Origin: Octopus bimaculoides
Lineage: Eukaryota
Reading direction: 5' to 3'
DNA: 49,029 nt
NCBI RefSeq assembly: GCF_001194135.2
Contig: NC_069009.1
Coordinates: 5,196,849 to 5,245,877 of the forward strand
Under the pieces are notes generated by a model. The model had not been told where the DNA came from. It made no database searches and saw only the letters and a program-made list of their open reading frames with translations. Below, one piece after another: positions 1 through 11,574 of this stretch. The stretch's first letter is position 1. The number at the start of each line of letters is the position of its first letter. Position numbers and translations under genes: made by a program.

Positions 1-1388
1 GGGGTTAGATTGAAATTTTAAAAATAATGTTGGTTTATTATTTTATCTATGTTTTTTTTTTTTTCTATAGAATCGGAATTTGTCGTTGAAATTGTCTGAA
101 TCTGTAATAAAATGCAAAAAAGAAACAAAAGGAAAATGGGTGGGGTGCGAGTTGGATACCTTCATCAAAATATTTTTTAGTTTTATAAATTTTCATTAGC
201 ATAAACGTAAATACAAACACACACACACACACATGCACATAAACATGATACACATACACATATACTCATGTACACAGACACACAGATACAGACACACGTC
301 CACACACACAAAAACATACATATACACATGGATTTTTTTCCAGAATTTCAAAAGTTTTCATTTAATAGTGTTCATCTTTTCAGAAAACAGTTTCAATTTT
401 GCACAAAAAAAAAAAAAAATGCTTTTAGATTAAAAAAAGAAAAAAGAAAAAAACAGCTGCTTTTTTCGTTCTTGTCTCGTATTTCAGATTGAAACAAAAT
501 AGACGAGCAACAAAACAAACAGTCTGAGATAAATAAAATGCGCACAAAAGTATTTTGAACACATGCATGTGTATCGTTGCTATTGTGCAAAAGTATTGTA
601 AGTCCAAAATGTTGCNNNNNNNNNNNNNNNNNNNNNNNNNNNNNNNNNNNNNNNNNNNNNNNNNNNNNNNNNNNNNNNNNNNNNNNNNNNNNNNNNNNNN
701 NNNNNNNNNNNNNNNNNNNNNNNNNNNNNNNNNNNNNNNNNNNNNNNNNNNNNNNNNNNNNNNNNNNNNNNNNNNNNNNNNNNNNNNNNNNNNNNNNNNN
801 NNNNNNNNNNNNNNNNNNNNNNNNNNNNNNNNNNNNNNNNNNNNNNNNNNNNNNNNNNNNNNNNNNNNNNNNNNNNNNNNNNNNNNNNNNNNNNNNNNNN
901 NNNNNNNNNNNNNNNNNNNNNNNNNNNNNNNNNNNNNNNNNNNNNNNNNNNNNNNNNNNNNNNNNNNNNNNNNNNNNNNNNNNNNNNNNNNNNNNNNNNN
1001 NNNNNNNNNNNNNNNNNNNNNNNNNNNNNNNNNNNNNNNNNNNNNNNNNNNNNNNNNNNNNNNNNNNNNNNNNNNNNNNNNNNNNNNNNNNNNNNNNNNN
1101 NNNNNNNNNNNNNNNNNNNNNNNNNNNNNNNNNNNNNNNNNNNNNNNNNNNNNNNNNNNNNNNNNNNNNNNNNNNNNNNNNNNNNNNNNNNNNNNNNNNN
1201 NNNNNNNNNNNNNNNNNNNNNNNNNNNNNNNNNNNNNNNNNNNNNNNNNNNNNNNNNNNNNNNNNNNNNNNNNNNNNNNNNNNNNNNNNNNNNNNNNNNN
1301 NNNNNNNNNNNNNNNNNNNNNNNNNNNNNNNNNNNNNNNNNNNNNNNNNNNNNNNNNNNNNNNNNNNNNNNNNNNNNNNNNNNNNNNN

Positions 1389-1742
1389 TAAGCCTAGTAC
1401 TTATTCTATCGGTCTCTTTTGCCGAACTGCTAAGTTACGGTGACGTAAACACACCAGCATCAGTTGTCAAGCAAAGTTGTGGGGGACAAACATAGACACA
1501 CAAACATATACACACACATGCATACACAAATATATATATACATACATGCGCATATATATATATATACATACATACATACGACGGGCTTCTTTCAGTTTCC
1601 GTCTACCAAATCCGCTCACAAGGCTTTGGTCAGCCCGAGGCTATAGTCGAAAACACTTGCCCAAGGTGCCACGCAGTTGGACTGAACCCAGAACCATGTG
1701 GTTGGTAAGCAAGCTACTTTCCACACAGCCACTCCTGTGCCT
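1389..1742 (-). mobile_element. tRNA-derived SINE family A (3' end lost in gap)
   Basis: Minus-strand head with A-box-like TGGCTGTGTGG and B-box-like GGTTCAGTCC, body CCTTGGGCAAGTG...GGAAACTGAAAGAAGCCC, internal (TA/TG)n tract; same sequence recurs more than 20 times in the window. Confidence 0.9.
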
Positions 1743-1831
1743 ATTTGTAGGCAAAATAAAGGTAAAAATAAAGTATAAAACAAAAAAATGTGTTTTTTAA
1801 TTTTGAAATGTATATTTAATGCCATTTTCTT

Positions 1832-2290
1832 TCATTTGGTTTTAAAAATTATATCGGTCAAGTGGGTGCTGTTACTGTCCACACACTATCAAAGGTATTC
1901 ACGAAAGTTGTCCATAACTCGATGGGTCATTTCATGTGAAGTGGCAGCAATTTCTTGATGAATGGGATCTTTTAATTGTTCAATAGATCAAGAGCAATGA
2001 ATGTATACCCTTGATTTCAGGTATCCCCACAGAACAAAATCATACAGGTTCAAAACAGGTGATCGGGTGGGCCAACCGATGTCACAGCACAATGAGATAA
2101 AATGACTAGGGAACATCTCCCTCAAAATCCCCATCACACGTCGAGAAGTGTGGGCTGCTGCCCCATCCTGTTGAAACCCAGCATTGTCCCTATCGTCAAA
2201 TTTGGGTTTCAGAAAGGTCTCAAGCATCACACAATATCGAACAGAGTTCACAATCACTGCTACATTGTCATCAATCCTTAGATTTCAGAA
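1832..2290 (-). pseudogene. Tc1/mariner-superfamily transposase C-terminal remnant, DD41D (rosa-like)
   Basis: ORF 1988-2257 gives FQQDGAAAHT...WPTRSPVLNLYDFVLWGYLKSRVY with 41 residues between the 2nd and 3rd catalytic Asp; after a frameshift it continues as IEQLKDPIHQEIAA...DNFREYL*...HLTDIIFKTK-stop (1832-1834). Confidence 0.88.
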
Positions 2291-2929
2291 AGATCAGAAA
2301 TACCACAAAAATTTTGAATATCTAGATCAAGTGTAAGAGGATCAGGGGAAAATTGAACATGATATGAAATCAACAAAACACAACTAAATCAAAAACCTCA
2401 ACATAAAATATTCTCTTTAGCTTCTTCATGATCTTCTGGAGTGTCTCCCTTCGTGATATATTTACACAGCATGCAGTTAAAGAGATGGAATTATTGAAAT
2501 TAGTCATTACTCATTTTGCCCCATTTTAGACATGGGTTTTAAAAAAATTTTTTTTTTTATTTGGAAATTGAAAATTATCAAATTAGACAGTAGTATGGGG
2601 AAAAAATTAACTTGGAATCCAACAGAGAAAATGTTATCGATTGTTGAACGCTAAAAATTATCCAGATATTTTATTAGCAACCTCAATTAGAATCGAGTTC
2701 AAAGTTGAGGAACAATTTCCTGGAAAAAAAACAAAACAAAGTATCTGTCACCTGACTATGTTTTGAAGACTCTCAACTTCAACAACAACAACTGGGTTGA
2801 CCAATTACCTTAATTTGAAAGATTCAGAGAAAAAAAAAAAAAGACAAATAACTGATAAGGCTGCGTGCAACCAGTGGAGCCCACATGGAAGCGTTCTGGT
2901 GTTTTTAATAAAACTTTATTTGTGTATCT

Positions 2930-3058
2930 TTCATCTGTTTCACTCATTAGACTGTGGCCACACTGGGGCACCTCCTTGAAGACCTTGTAGTCCAAGGAAT
3001 CGATTCCAATACATTTTAAGACTGGTGCTTATTCTATCAGTCATTTTTTTTGCCGAAC
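2930..3058 (-). mobile_element. SINE family A 3' fragment (diverged)
   Basis: cattagactgtggccacactggggcacc...gcttattctatc...ttttgccgaacc matches the family A tail. Confidence 0.75.
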
Positions 3059-3069
3059 CCAATGTGTTT

Positions 3070-3185
3070 AATACAAAGAACACAACAAAATACCCATCAC
3101 ACGATGTTCGTCTTTACCGAGACGATGGTTTGGGTATTTCCCATAGCTGTTATGGTCACACCCTTGATAAATTTAGGAAACGCTA
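3070..3185 (+). pseudogene. Penelope-like element reverse transcriptase fragment
   Basis: Translates KYPSHDVRLYRDDGLGISHSCYGHTLDKFRK; YRDD at 3115-3126 in an LYRDDGL context recognised as typical of Penelope-like RTs. Confidence 0.75.
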
Positions 3186-4612
3186 TTTAAATTAAGTCTA
3201 ACATTTCTCCTTGCTTTGTACTCACTGTTCTTAGTATGCTATATTTATAATTATGAAATGAGTGGAATTCTGGTATAAGATTCCCATATAACTCCTCGTA
3301 ATTGTTTTTATTTTGGGGAATTTTCAGAAAATTTTTGTGAATTTGTGCTCTATCCACGGGAATTCATATTGTTATGCAAAAAGGAAAATCTTTTGTATGA
3401 GTTGAGGGCAATTTGGTTGTTGATTTTAGCACATCTCACGACCACCTGATACCTTCCTTGCATCTTTGTCACTCTGATATGTTTAGATGTTTTTTCAATA
3501 TTTTTCTCCCCATAAACACATTTAACAGAATGATGATGTACCCAAGCGTGGTTCATTGCTGGGATTTAAGCAAAGAATTCAGACTGTCCACATTTTAAAT
3601 TGATTTTTTTTTTTAAATCGAAAGAATGGAAATCTTAGGATTCACAGGTGGTCGGGGGACATTTTGAAAATTAAAAAAAAAAAAATTTATTTTGCCATAA
3701 TCATACAAATTCCCATGTGTAGACTGGAAATTCCAAAAAATTGAAAAAGCTATGAGGTGTTATATGGGGGGTACTTAAACCAGAATGCCATCATGAAATC
3801 TTTTGTTGAAATAAACTTTTCGGATCACAATGACTTAACGAACATCAAACAGGAAATTAGCATATTTTGCAATGTAAAGTGTGTATGCTTTAAGCATTAC
3901 TCAATTTAATGCACGGAAGACTTTTCTTTTTCCTTGAATGTTTACTGCTGAAATTAGGGACACATCTAATATAATGTAACTTCTTTCATGCCATCAAAGA
4001 ATATAACTGAAATAAAACATACCTTGGCGCTTTTCGCAGAGTTCCATTACCTCTATGTAAATCCACATTTGATGCAAGCTCCAACAGTCTTATGGTCGTT
4101 AATTTCAAAACACAGAAAACCAAAATGACTGTTGCAAAGCTAGCAATGTTAAATAATATTCACACATTTGTCGGTGGTGATACTATTTACAATCTAATTT
4201 GAATATTAACGGCAGACAATTTTGGGTTATGCTGGGGTAGTCAGAATTGTTCGGGCATTATACTTATGGGCAAACCTCCACTTGTGTGCCGACTCGTGAT
4301 TTTGTTGCCTCATAACTTACTTCCAGAAAAATAGATATCTTAGCATGAAATTTGCAACAAATGCACTTCAGATGGTGTAGATTCCGTTTATATTAGAATT
4401 TGTTGCAAAAAGAGTATTTTTGGTGAGTGAGGAGAGGAGTTTCGGAAAAGGAACACAAGTCGGATTTGTTTCCTCATAACTTTAAAAAAAATTAGGTATT
4501 TTTTAATGAAATTTTATATAGATACTTTTCAGAGTGTGTAGATTATGATTATATTGGAATTTAGTATGTAAAACAAAATTCTTGGACTTGTACAGATACA
4601 TACTGACACACA

Positions 4613-5922
4613 GTAGCAAGTTAGCGAGTACTTCCCATTGATGGTGTAGCCCTTTTGAAGATAGTCAATAAATACAATGCCTTTGCATTCCAAAAGACCT
4701 TCCCTGCAGATGAAATGACCCAGGTCTTCTTTGGAGCAGGTAAGGAGGGGTGTTTCCACTGCAAGGATTGTCTTTTTGTCTCTGGCTCAAAGTGATGAAT
4801 CAAATACTCACCCTGGGTTAGGAAATCTTCAAGGAAACCAGCTGGATTTGCTTCAAACAATGTCAGATTTTTCCAAGATGCGATCAGCCTGATGTGCTTT
4901 TGATCAGGTGTCAGAAGACATGGCCCCCACCGAGTAGAAACATTCATCATGCCAAGATCATTGTGCAGAATATTCTCAACTCCCTGTTAGGATATATTAA
5001 TGGCATTGGCTATTTGATTGATAGTTAATTACCTGTCATCTATCACCATGTGTTGAACATGATCAATGTTTTCCTTGGTGATGGAGTTGTAGGATGTTCA
5101 GACCATGGGTCATCTTCAAAACTTTTCCCTTCCCCTCTTAAATTCAGCTGCCCAATTTTGTACTGGGGTAAAGAGCTGGAGTATCATCCCCTAAGGTAAC
5201 CACCATGTCAGCATGAATGTCCTTGGGTACTAAACCATTCTCCTGCAAGTGGTCAGTGCATCGGACTCACAGTCATGAGGTAGCAAGTTCAATTCCTGGA
5301 CCGGGCTGCATGCTGTGTTCTTGAACAAGACACTTTATTTCACATTGCTCCAGTTCACTCAGCTGTAGAAATCAGCTGCAAAGTTACTGGTGCCAAGCTG
5401 TATCGGCCCCTTTGCCTTTCCCTTGAGCAACATTGATGGCATGGAGAGGGGAGACCGGCATGCATGGTCAACTGCTGGTCTTCCACAAACAACCTTGCTG
5501 AGACTTGTGCCTCGGAGAGTAACTTTCTAGGTGAAATCCTATGGTCATTCATTACTGAAGGGGTCTTTATCTTTTACCCCATGTACATATAATGGGCAAC
5601 TGCTAGTCTTCCATAAACAACCTTGCTTGGACTTGTGCCACAGATGAAAACTTTCTCGGTGCAATCCCATGGTCATTCATGACCAAAGGGGGTCTTTACC
5701 CTATTTTACTTGATAACACCATGATGCCAAATCTTGTTCATTTTCACCTGATATTGCTACTAGTTACTTTTGAAGTGTCCTTTGAGCAGTCAGAGGTCAA
5801 TTTACCTGTTAAAAACAATGTACTTATTGAAACGAAGTGTTGAAATTAACGCATGCAAGATTTCCCAGCTCTGACATCACTCCTTCGTAGTCAGCCTATG
5901 AACTTTCCAGGTCACCCTTGTG
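4613..5922 (-). mobile_element. Degenerate mariner transposon (5' TIR region plus transposase N-terminal two-thirds), split by a SINE
   Basis: Terminal gggtgacctggaaagttc (about 5900-5920); start MNKIWHHGVIKY (5708 upward) resumes LQENGLVPKDIHADM below 5250, then W(G)P.LLTPDQK, HHFEPETKRQSLQWKHP, SSAGKV..FW..KGIVFIDYLQKGYTINGKY; many stops and frameshifts. Confidence 0.9.
5249..5703 (+). mobile_element. tRNA-derived SINE family B (CORE-like middle) with duplicated 3' tail
   Basis: GTGGTCAGTGC...AGTTCAATTCC boxes, TGTGTTCTTGAACAAGACACTTTATTTCAC core; about 115-bp tail present twice (about 5462-5580 and 5585-5703). Confidence 0.85.
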
Positions 5923-5934
5923 GAGGCTTCATTG

Positions 5935-6200
5935 CGAGGTACCATGCAGTGAATTGAACCCAGAGCCATATGGTTGGGAAGCCAACTACTTACCACACAG
6001 CCATACTGTGGGCAAATGTCTGCTATTATTGCCTCAGACCTTGTGAGTGGGTTTCATAGACAGAAACTGAAAGAAGCCCATCATATATTCTTTTACTTAT
6101 TTCAGTCACTTAACTGCGGCCATGCTGGAGCACCACCTTTAGTCAAGCAAATCGATCCCTGGACTTATTCTTTGTAAGCCTAGTACTTATCCTATTGGTC
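5935..6200. mobile_element. Mosaic of three SINE family A fragments (-,+,-)
   Basis: Head fragment on minus (5935-6005), mid-body on plus (about 6030-6085), 3' end on minus (about 6088-6200). Confidence 0.8.
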
Positions 6201-6204
6201 TCTA

Positions 6205-6508
6205 TTGCTATTATCAAGGAGAGAGTTTTCACAAGAGCTATACCAGAATACCCAACAGTTGAAGGATGCTGTTTCGACATCCTTTACAACCATCACCAAG
6301 CACAGCTTCATAAAATATCACACAGGACATGGCGTTGTATCATTTTGTACCACGAAAATGATGGAGTTCATACAGACCTTCACGATGTGTGACAATGTCG
6401 GTGTCCATGAAAATGAATATACTAAAACCAGTTTTTGATATTATTATATTGTCCTTCTATAGTTCTCGGTACTTTTCGGTAGGGGCTGACAAGACTTTTG
6501 TACCACCC

Positions 6509-6512
<4 letters not shown>
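6205..6512 (+). mobile_element. Tc1/mariner-type transposon 3' end with TIR and TA target
   Basis: Frameshifted IKERVF...QQLKDAV...ISHRTWRCIILYHENDGVHTD-stop followed by terminus gacaagacttttgtaccaccct(a)+TA, resembling the reverse complement of a CAGGGTG-type TIR. Confidence 0.7.
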
Positions 6513-6554
<42 letters not shown>

Positions 6555-7300
6555 TGCAGGTCTTTGCATTTGTGTATGTCCCCAATCACTGCGTGACGAC
6601 TGGTATTGGTGTATTCACGTCCCTGTAACTTAGCGGTTTGGCAGAAAGAGACTAATAAAATAAATAGTCTGAGAAAAACAAATAAGTATAAGATAAATGA
6701 GTGACGACTGGTATTGGTGTATTGACGTCCCTGTAACTTAGCGGTTTGGCAGAAAGAGACTAATAAAATAAATAGTCTGAGAAAAACAAATAAGTATAAG
6801 ATAAATGAGTGACGACTNNNNNNNNNNNNNNNNNNNNNNNNNNNNNNNNNNNNNNNNNNNNNNNNNNNNNNNNNNNNNNNNNNNNNNNNNNNNNNNNNNN
6901 NNNNNNNNNNNNNNNNNNNNNNNNNNNNNNNNNNNNNNNNNNNNNNNNNNNNNNNNNNNNNNNNNNNNNNNNNNNNNNATAAATGAGTGACGACTGGTAT
7001 TGGTGTATTGACGTCCCTGTTAAACTAGCGGTTTGGCAGAAAGAGACTAATAAAATAAATAGTCAGAGAAAAACAAATAAGTATAAAATAAATGAGTGAC
7101 GACTGGTATTGGTGTATTGACGTCCCTGTTAAACTAGCGGTTTGGCAAAAAGAGACTAATAAAATAAGTATCAGTCTGAGAAAAACAAATAAGTATTGGA
7201 GTCGATTTTGCTGACTAGAATTCTTCGAGATGCTGCTCCAGCATGGCCGTAATCCGATGCCTGAAACAAACAAAAGAATAGAAGAATAAAAGAGTAAACG
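6513..7300 (+). mobile_element. SINE family A 3' half containing a 108-bp tandem amplification
   Basis: (TG)n then unit gtgacgactggtattggtg...ataaat starting at 6593, 6701, 6809, 6987, 7096; the last unit runs into the normal family A tail. Confidence 0.88.
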
Positions 7301-8185
7301 AATACACACACACACACACACACACACAGATACACACATGCACATACACGTATACCCTCAACATATAAACACTCCAACCTCTACACCTTTGATATCGTAC
7401 ATCATATTAGTGACTTCATTCGATACACTCAACGTATCTCAACCCCAGATCAGCCTCACAAGTGATCCGTCAAACCTGAGATCAAAGCCAACGCCGTATG
7501 CTTCTAACGCAACAATACGACGAGGGACAGAGAGCTGCTATTTCTACATGGTCAAGCAATTATACACCACAGAGACATTTCCTTGTGGTCTCATTGATTT
7601 TGGTTCTGCTGTTGCACTTTTAGTCCATTACTTTCGAAGGAATAACAGTTTATGGAGCAAAACTGACGCCAGACTCAAAGATGGCTGAACTTTCTCAGTC
7701 TAATTCAATATGGCTGCGTCTCGTAGTGTAAAACGAGGTCGGCTGATCACAAGCAGTGTTTTATTTGTTGTCTGCTTCGATTTTCGTTTTGCATTGTTTG
7801 AAAAAGGGATGTAGTGGTCTTAGTATTGTTTTCTTGTCTCTCTTGTAATAAAATTATGACTGTATGGACATGTGTGTGTGTGTGTGTAAGAGAATGCTTT
7901 TGTGTTTGTATATAAGTATATGTGTGTGTCAAAGATTGTGTTTGCGTGTGCATGTATGTGTGTGCATAAGATTATGCCTTTGTGTGTGTGTGGTGCGTAT
8001 GTATGAGTTTTTGTTTATACATTAGTATACATGTGTCTATGTGTGTGTGGTTGTGTGTTTGTTTATCATGTGCGAATTTGTATTTGCGAGTGTGTGAATA
8101 TTTTTGGACTTGTTTATTTGTGTATGCATATGTAATATAATTATATAAGTTACATATGAATGTGTGTATGTGTGTGTATATATAT

Positions 8186-8498
8186 TTATTCTTTTATTCT
8201 TTTACTTGGTTCAGCCATTTGACCGTGGCCATGCTGGAGCACCGCCTTTAGTCAAACAAATCAATTCCAGAACTTATTCTTTGTAAGTTTAGTGCTTATT
8301 CTATTGATCCGTTTTACCAAACTGCTAAGTTACAGGGACGTAACACACCAACATCAGTTGGCAAGCGATGGCGGTGGTGGGGGACAAACAAATACAAATA
8401 ACAAATACACATAGGAGAAAACACTTGCCCAAGGTGCCACACAGTGGGACTGAACCCAGAACCATGTGATTGGGAAGCAAGCTTCTTATCACACAGTC
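8186..8498 (-). mobile_element. SINE family A with internal deletion
   Basis: Tail and head present; the segment around GGAAACTGAAAGAAGCCC is missing. Confidence 0.85.
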
Positions 8499-8666
8499 TT
8501 TCCCATAATAATAATAATAATAATAATGATAATAATAATAATGACCATCATTATCATTGTCCTCCTCCTCCTCCTCCTCATCATCATCATCATCACCACC
8601 AGGATATCATCATCATCATCATTCTCAACAAGATCATCACCACCTTCATCATCATTATTATTATTA

Positions 8667-8697
<31 letters not shown>

Positions 8698-8715
8698 CAT
8701 CATTATTATTAATGC
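8499..8715. repeat. (AAT)n/(CCT)n/(CAT)n/(ATT)n compound microsatellite
   Basis: Direct inspection. Confidence 0.95.
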
Positions 8716-9065
8716 TGTGAACTGGCAGAATCGTTAGCATGCCAGGCGAAATACTTGGCGACATTTTGTCCATCTTAACATTCTGAGTTCAAATTCTGCC
8801 GAGGTCGATGTGATCAACTTAGCCCCCTCCCACAAATTTTCAGGCCTTGTGCCTTTGGTAGAAAGGGTCGGTTAGCTCGCCGGGCAAAGTGCTTAGCGGC
8901 ATTTCACCAATTGCTACGTTCTGAGTTCAAATTCCGCAAAGGTTGACTTTGCTTTTCATCCTTTCAGGGTCGATAAAATAAGTACCAGTGAAACACTGGG
9001 GTCAATGTAATCAACTAGGCCCCTCCCACCAAAATTGTGCCTTTAGTAGAAAGGATTATTATTAT
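8715..9065 (+). mobile_element. Two tandem SINE family C copies (tRNA head; TTTCATCCTTTCGGGGTCGATAAA-type middle; ATT tail)
   Basis: ctggcagaatcgttagc...GAGTTCAAATTC; the first copy jumps gaggtcga|tgtgatc (internal deletion); the second ends gtagaaaggattattatt. Confidence 0.85.
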
Positions 9066-9379
9066 TATGGTGGTGGTTGTGGTGATGGGGATGATGGTAA
9101 GGCATTGGTAATGATGATGCTTATGATGATAGTGGCTGCAGTGGTGATGACGATGGTGGGGAAGGTGCTGATGAAAATGTCGATGCTGCAAACTGCTGCT
9201 CCTGATGATGATGATGATGATGACGTATGTGGTGTTGTTGATGACAATGAGAACAGCATTTATAGTTCTGTTAATGGTTAGTTAGCACCTAAGCGAGCCA
9301 GAGCTGCACCCATTCGGTTTTAATATTTCAGTTGTGCTGACGCAGAATAATGACATTAATTTAGAGGTTGGAGAACAAG

Positions 9380-9411
<32 letters not shown>

Positions 9412-9489
9412 CGATGACAACAACAACAATAAAGACGAACAAATGCACCTGCGAAATCTGCAAACAGAAAACTGCTGCAACAATACCAA

Positions 9490-9547
9490 CAATGTGGTAG
9501 AAATAGCAGTTAAATCTTCCTCAAATCACACCCTGCTGTCTTGTGTG

Positions 9548-9588
<41 letters not shown>

Positions 9589-9929
9589 TTGTGTGTGTGT
9601 ATGTATGTATGAGCCAATGAGGGCGACCCCTACATGGTAGCTAGACCTGGTAGAAATAGCAGCCAAATCTCCCTCAAATCTCACCCTACTGTTTCATATA
9701 TATATATATATGTGTATGTATGCATGAGCCAATGAGGGAGATCCCTACATGGTAGCTAAGCCTGGTAGAAATAGTAGCCAAATCTCCCTCAAATCACACC
9801 CTACTGTTTCATATATATATATATATATATATGGGTGTGTATGCATGAGCCAATGAGGGAGACCACTACATGGTAGCTAAGCCTGGTAGAAATAGTAGTC
9901 AAATCTCACTCAAATCACACCCTTGTTTC

Positions 9930-9971
<42 letters not shown>

Positions 9972-10245
9972 ATGAGCCAATGAGGGAGACCCCTACATGG
10001 TAGCTAGACCCGGTAGAAATAGTAGTCAAATCTCCCTCAAATCTGATCCTTCTGTCCTATGTATTAATATACATATGTATGAGTCAATGAGGGAGACTTC
10101 TAAATGGTACTACACCATGCAGAAATAACAGCCATATCTCACTCACTGTCTTCTATTTGTATATATGTATGTATGAGGCAATGAGGGAAACCTTTACATG
10201 GTATCTAGAACTGTTTGAAATAGCAGCCAAATCCCCCTCAGATGA
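9490..10245 (+). repeat. Tandem array of about 95-125-bp units with microsatellite spacers
   Basis: Core gagccaatgaggg...tacatggtagcta...ggtagaaatag(c/t)agccaaatctccctcaaatc at 9611, 9726, 9847, 9974, 10081, 10175 plus a partial copy at 9490; inverted solo copy at about 18080-18140. Confidence 0.92.
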
Positions 10246-10541
10246 CATTGGGACTGAACATGGAACCATGTAGTGGGAAGCAAACTTCTTACCTACTTTT
10301 AAATTGCTGCACTTTAAATCAAACTCAAGTACTAGAGTTGATTTATTTGACTAAAACTCTTCAACACAATGCCCCAGCTTGGCCACAACCCAATGACTGG
10401 AACATGTAATAAAAGCATATCTCTATAAGCCAACAATATCCATTCTGTTTGAAGGGATTATTTTTATATTCTGACTCAGAGTTACTTCCCTTGCGTTGTC
10501 TGAAGACTTTCTGCTGTTCATTACTTGTGAAAGTTTTTTAC

Positions 10542-10960
10542 TACTCTGTTACCCTTTTACTTGTTTCAGCCATTTGACTGCGGCCATGCTGGAGCACCGC
10601 CTTTAGTCGAGCAAATCGACCCCAGCACTTATTCTTTGTAAGCCTAGTACTTATTATATCTGTCTCTTTTGATGAAACGCTAAGTTACGGGGACATAAAC
10701 ACACCAGCATTGGTTGTCGAGTGATGTTGGGGAGACAAACACAGACACACAAACATACACACACACACACACACATACATACACATATATATATACGATA
10801 GACTTCTTTCAGTTTCCGTCTATCAAATCCACTCACAAGGCTTTGGTCGGCCCCGAGGCTATAGTAGAAGACACTTGCCCAAGGTGCCACACAGTGGGAC
10901 TGAACCCGCAACCATGTGGTTCGTAAGCAAGCTACTTACCACACAGCCACTCCTACGCCT
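10542..10960 (-). mobile_element. Full-length SINE family A
   Basis: Complete head, body, internal (CA/TA)n tract and short tandem AAGAGTA-type tail. Confidence 0.93.
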
Positions 10961-10971
10961 ATGTATATCTT

Positions 10972-11372
10972 ATAATCTTTTACTTGCATCAGTCATTAGA
11001 CTGTGGCCATGCTGGTGCACTGCCTTGAAGAACTTTTAGTCGAATGAATTGACCCCCAGTCCTGATTTGTTTTTTTTTTCCTTTCTTTAAGGCCTATTAC
11101 TTATTTTATCGGTATCTTTCTGCTGAACTCCCAAGTTACATGGACATAAACACATCAACACCGGTTGTCAAGTGATGTTGGGGGACCAACACATACACAC
11201 ACACACATATGATGGGCTTCTTTCAGTTTCCGTCTACCAAATCCACTCACAAGGCTTTGGTCAGCCTGAGGCTATAGTAGCAGACACTTGCTCAAGGCTC
11301 CATGCAGTGGGACTGAACCCAGAACCATGTGGTTGGGAAGCAAGCATCTTATCACACAGTCAATCTTGTGCA
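10972..11372 (-). mobile_element. Near full-length SINE family A variant
   Basis: Same architecture; variant tail with cttgaagaacttttagtcgaatgaattgacccc. Confidence 0.88.
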
Positions 11373-11422
11373 TATATATATATATATAACATGAGTAATA
11401 AGTTTTAAAATAAAAGGGGAAC

Positions 11423-11490
11423 AAAATCAGGACTGGGGGTCAATTCATTCGACTAAAAGTTCTGCAAGGCAGTGCCCCAGCATGGCCGCA
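11423..11490 (+). repeat. Inverted copy of 11002-11068
   Basis: Reverse complement matches with 3 substitutions, including a 40-nt perfect stretch. Confidence 0.9.
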
Positions 11491-11574
11491 AAAGATACAA
11501 GGTATATAATGGTAAAAAAAAAAAGGTGAACTGCAGCTCTATAGGAGTTGTGTGAGAGCTGCAATGTATGTATA

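Noticed and set aside
7338-7688. 116-aa ORF
   Set aside because: Starts in a CA microsatellite and has no recognisable motif; the region is kept only as a CpG-rich island.
9490-10245. CRISPR-like repeat-spacer look
   Set aside because: Spacers are microsatellites, repeats are about 85 bp, the context is eukaryotic and there are no cas genes.
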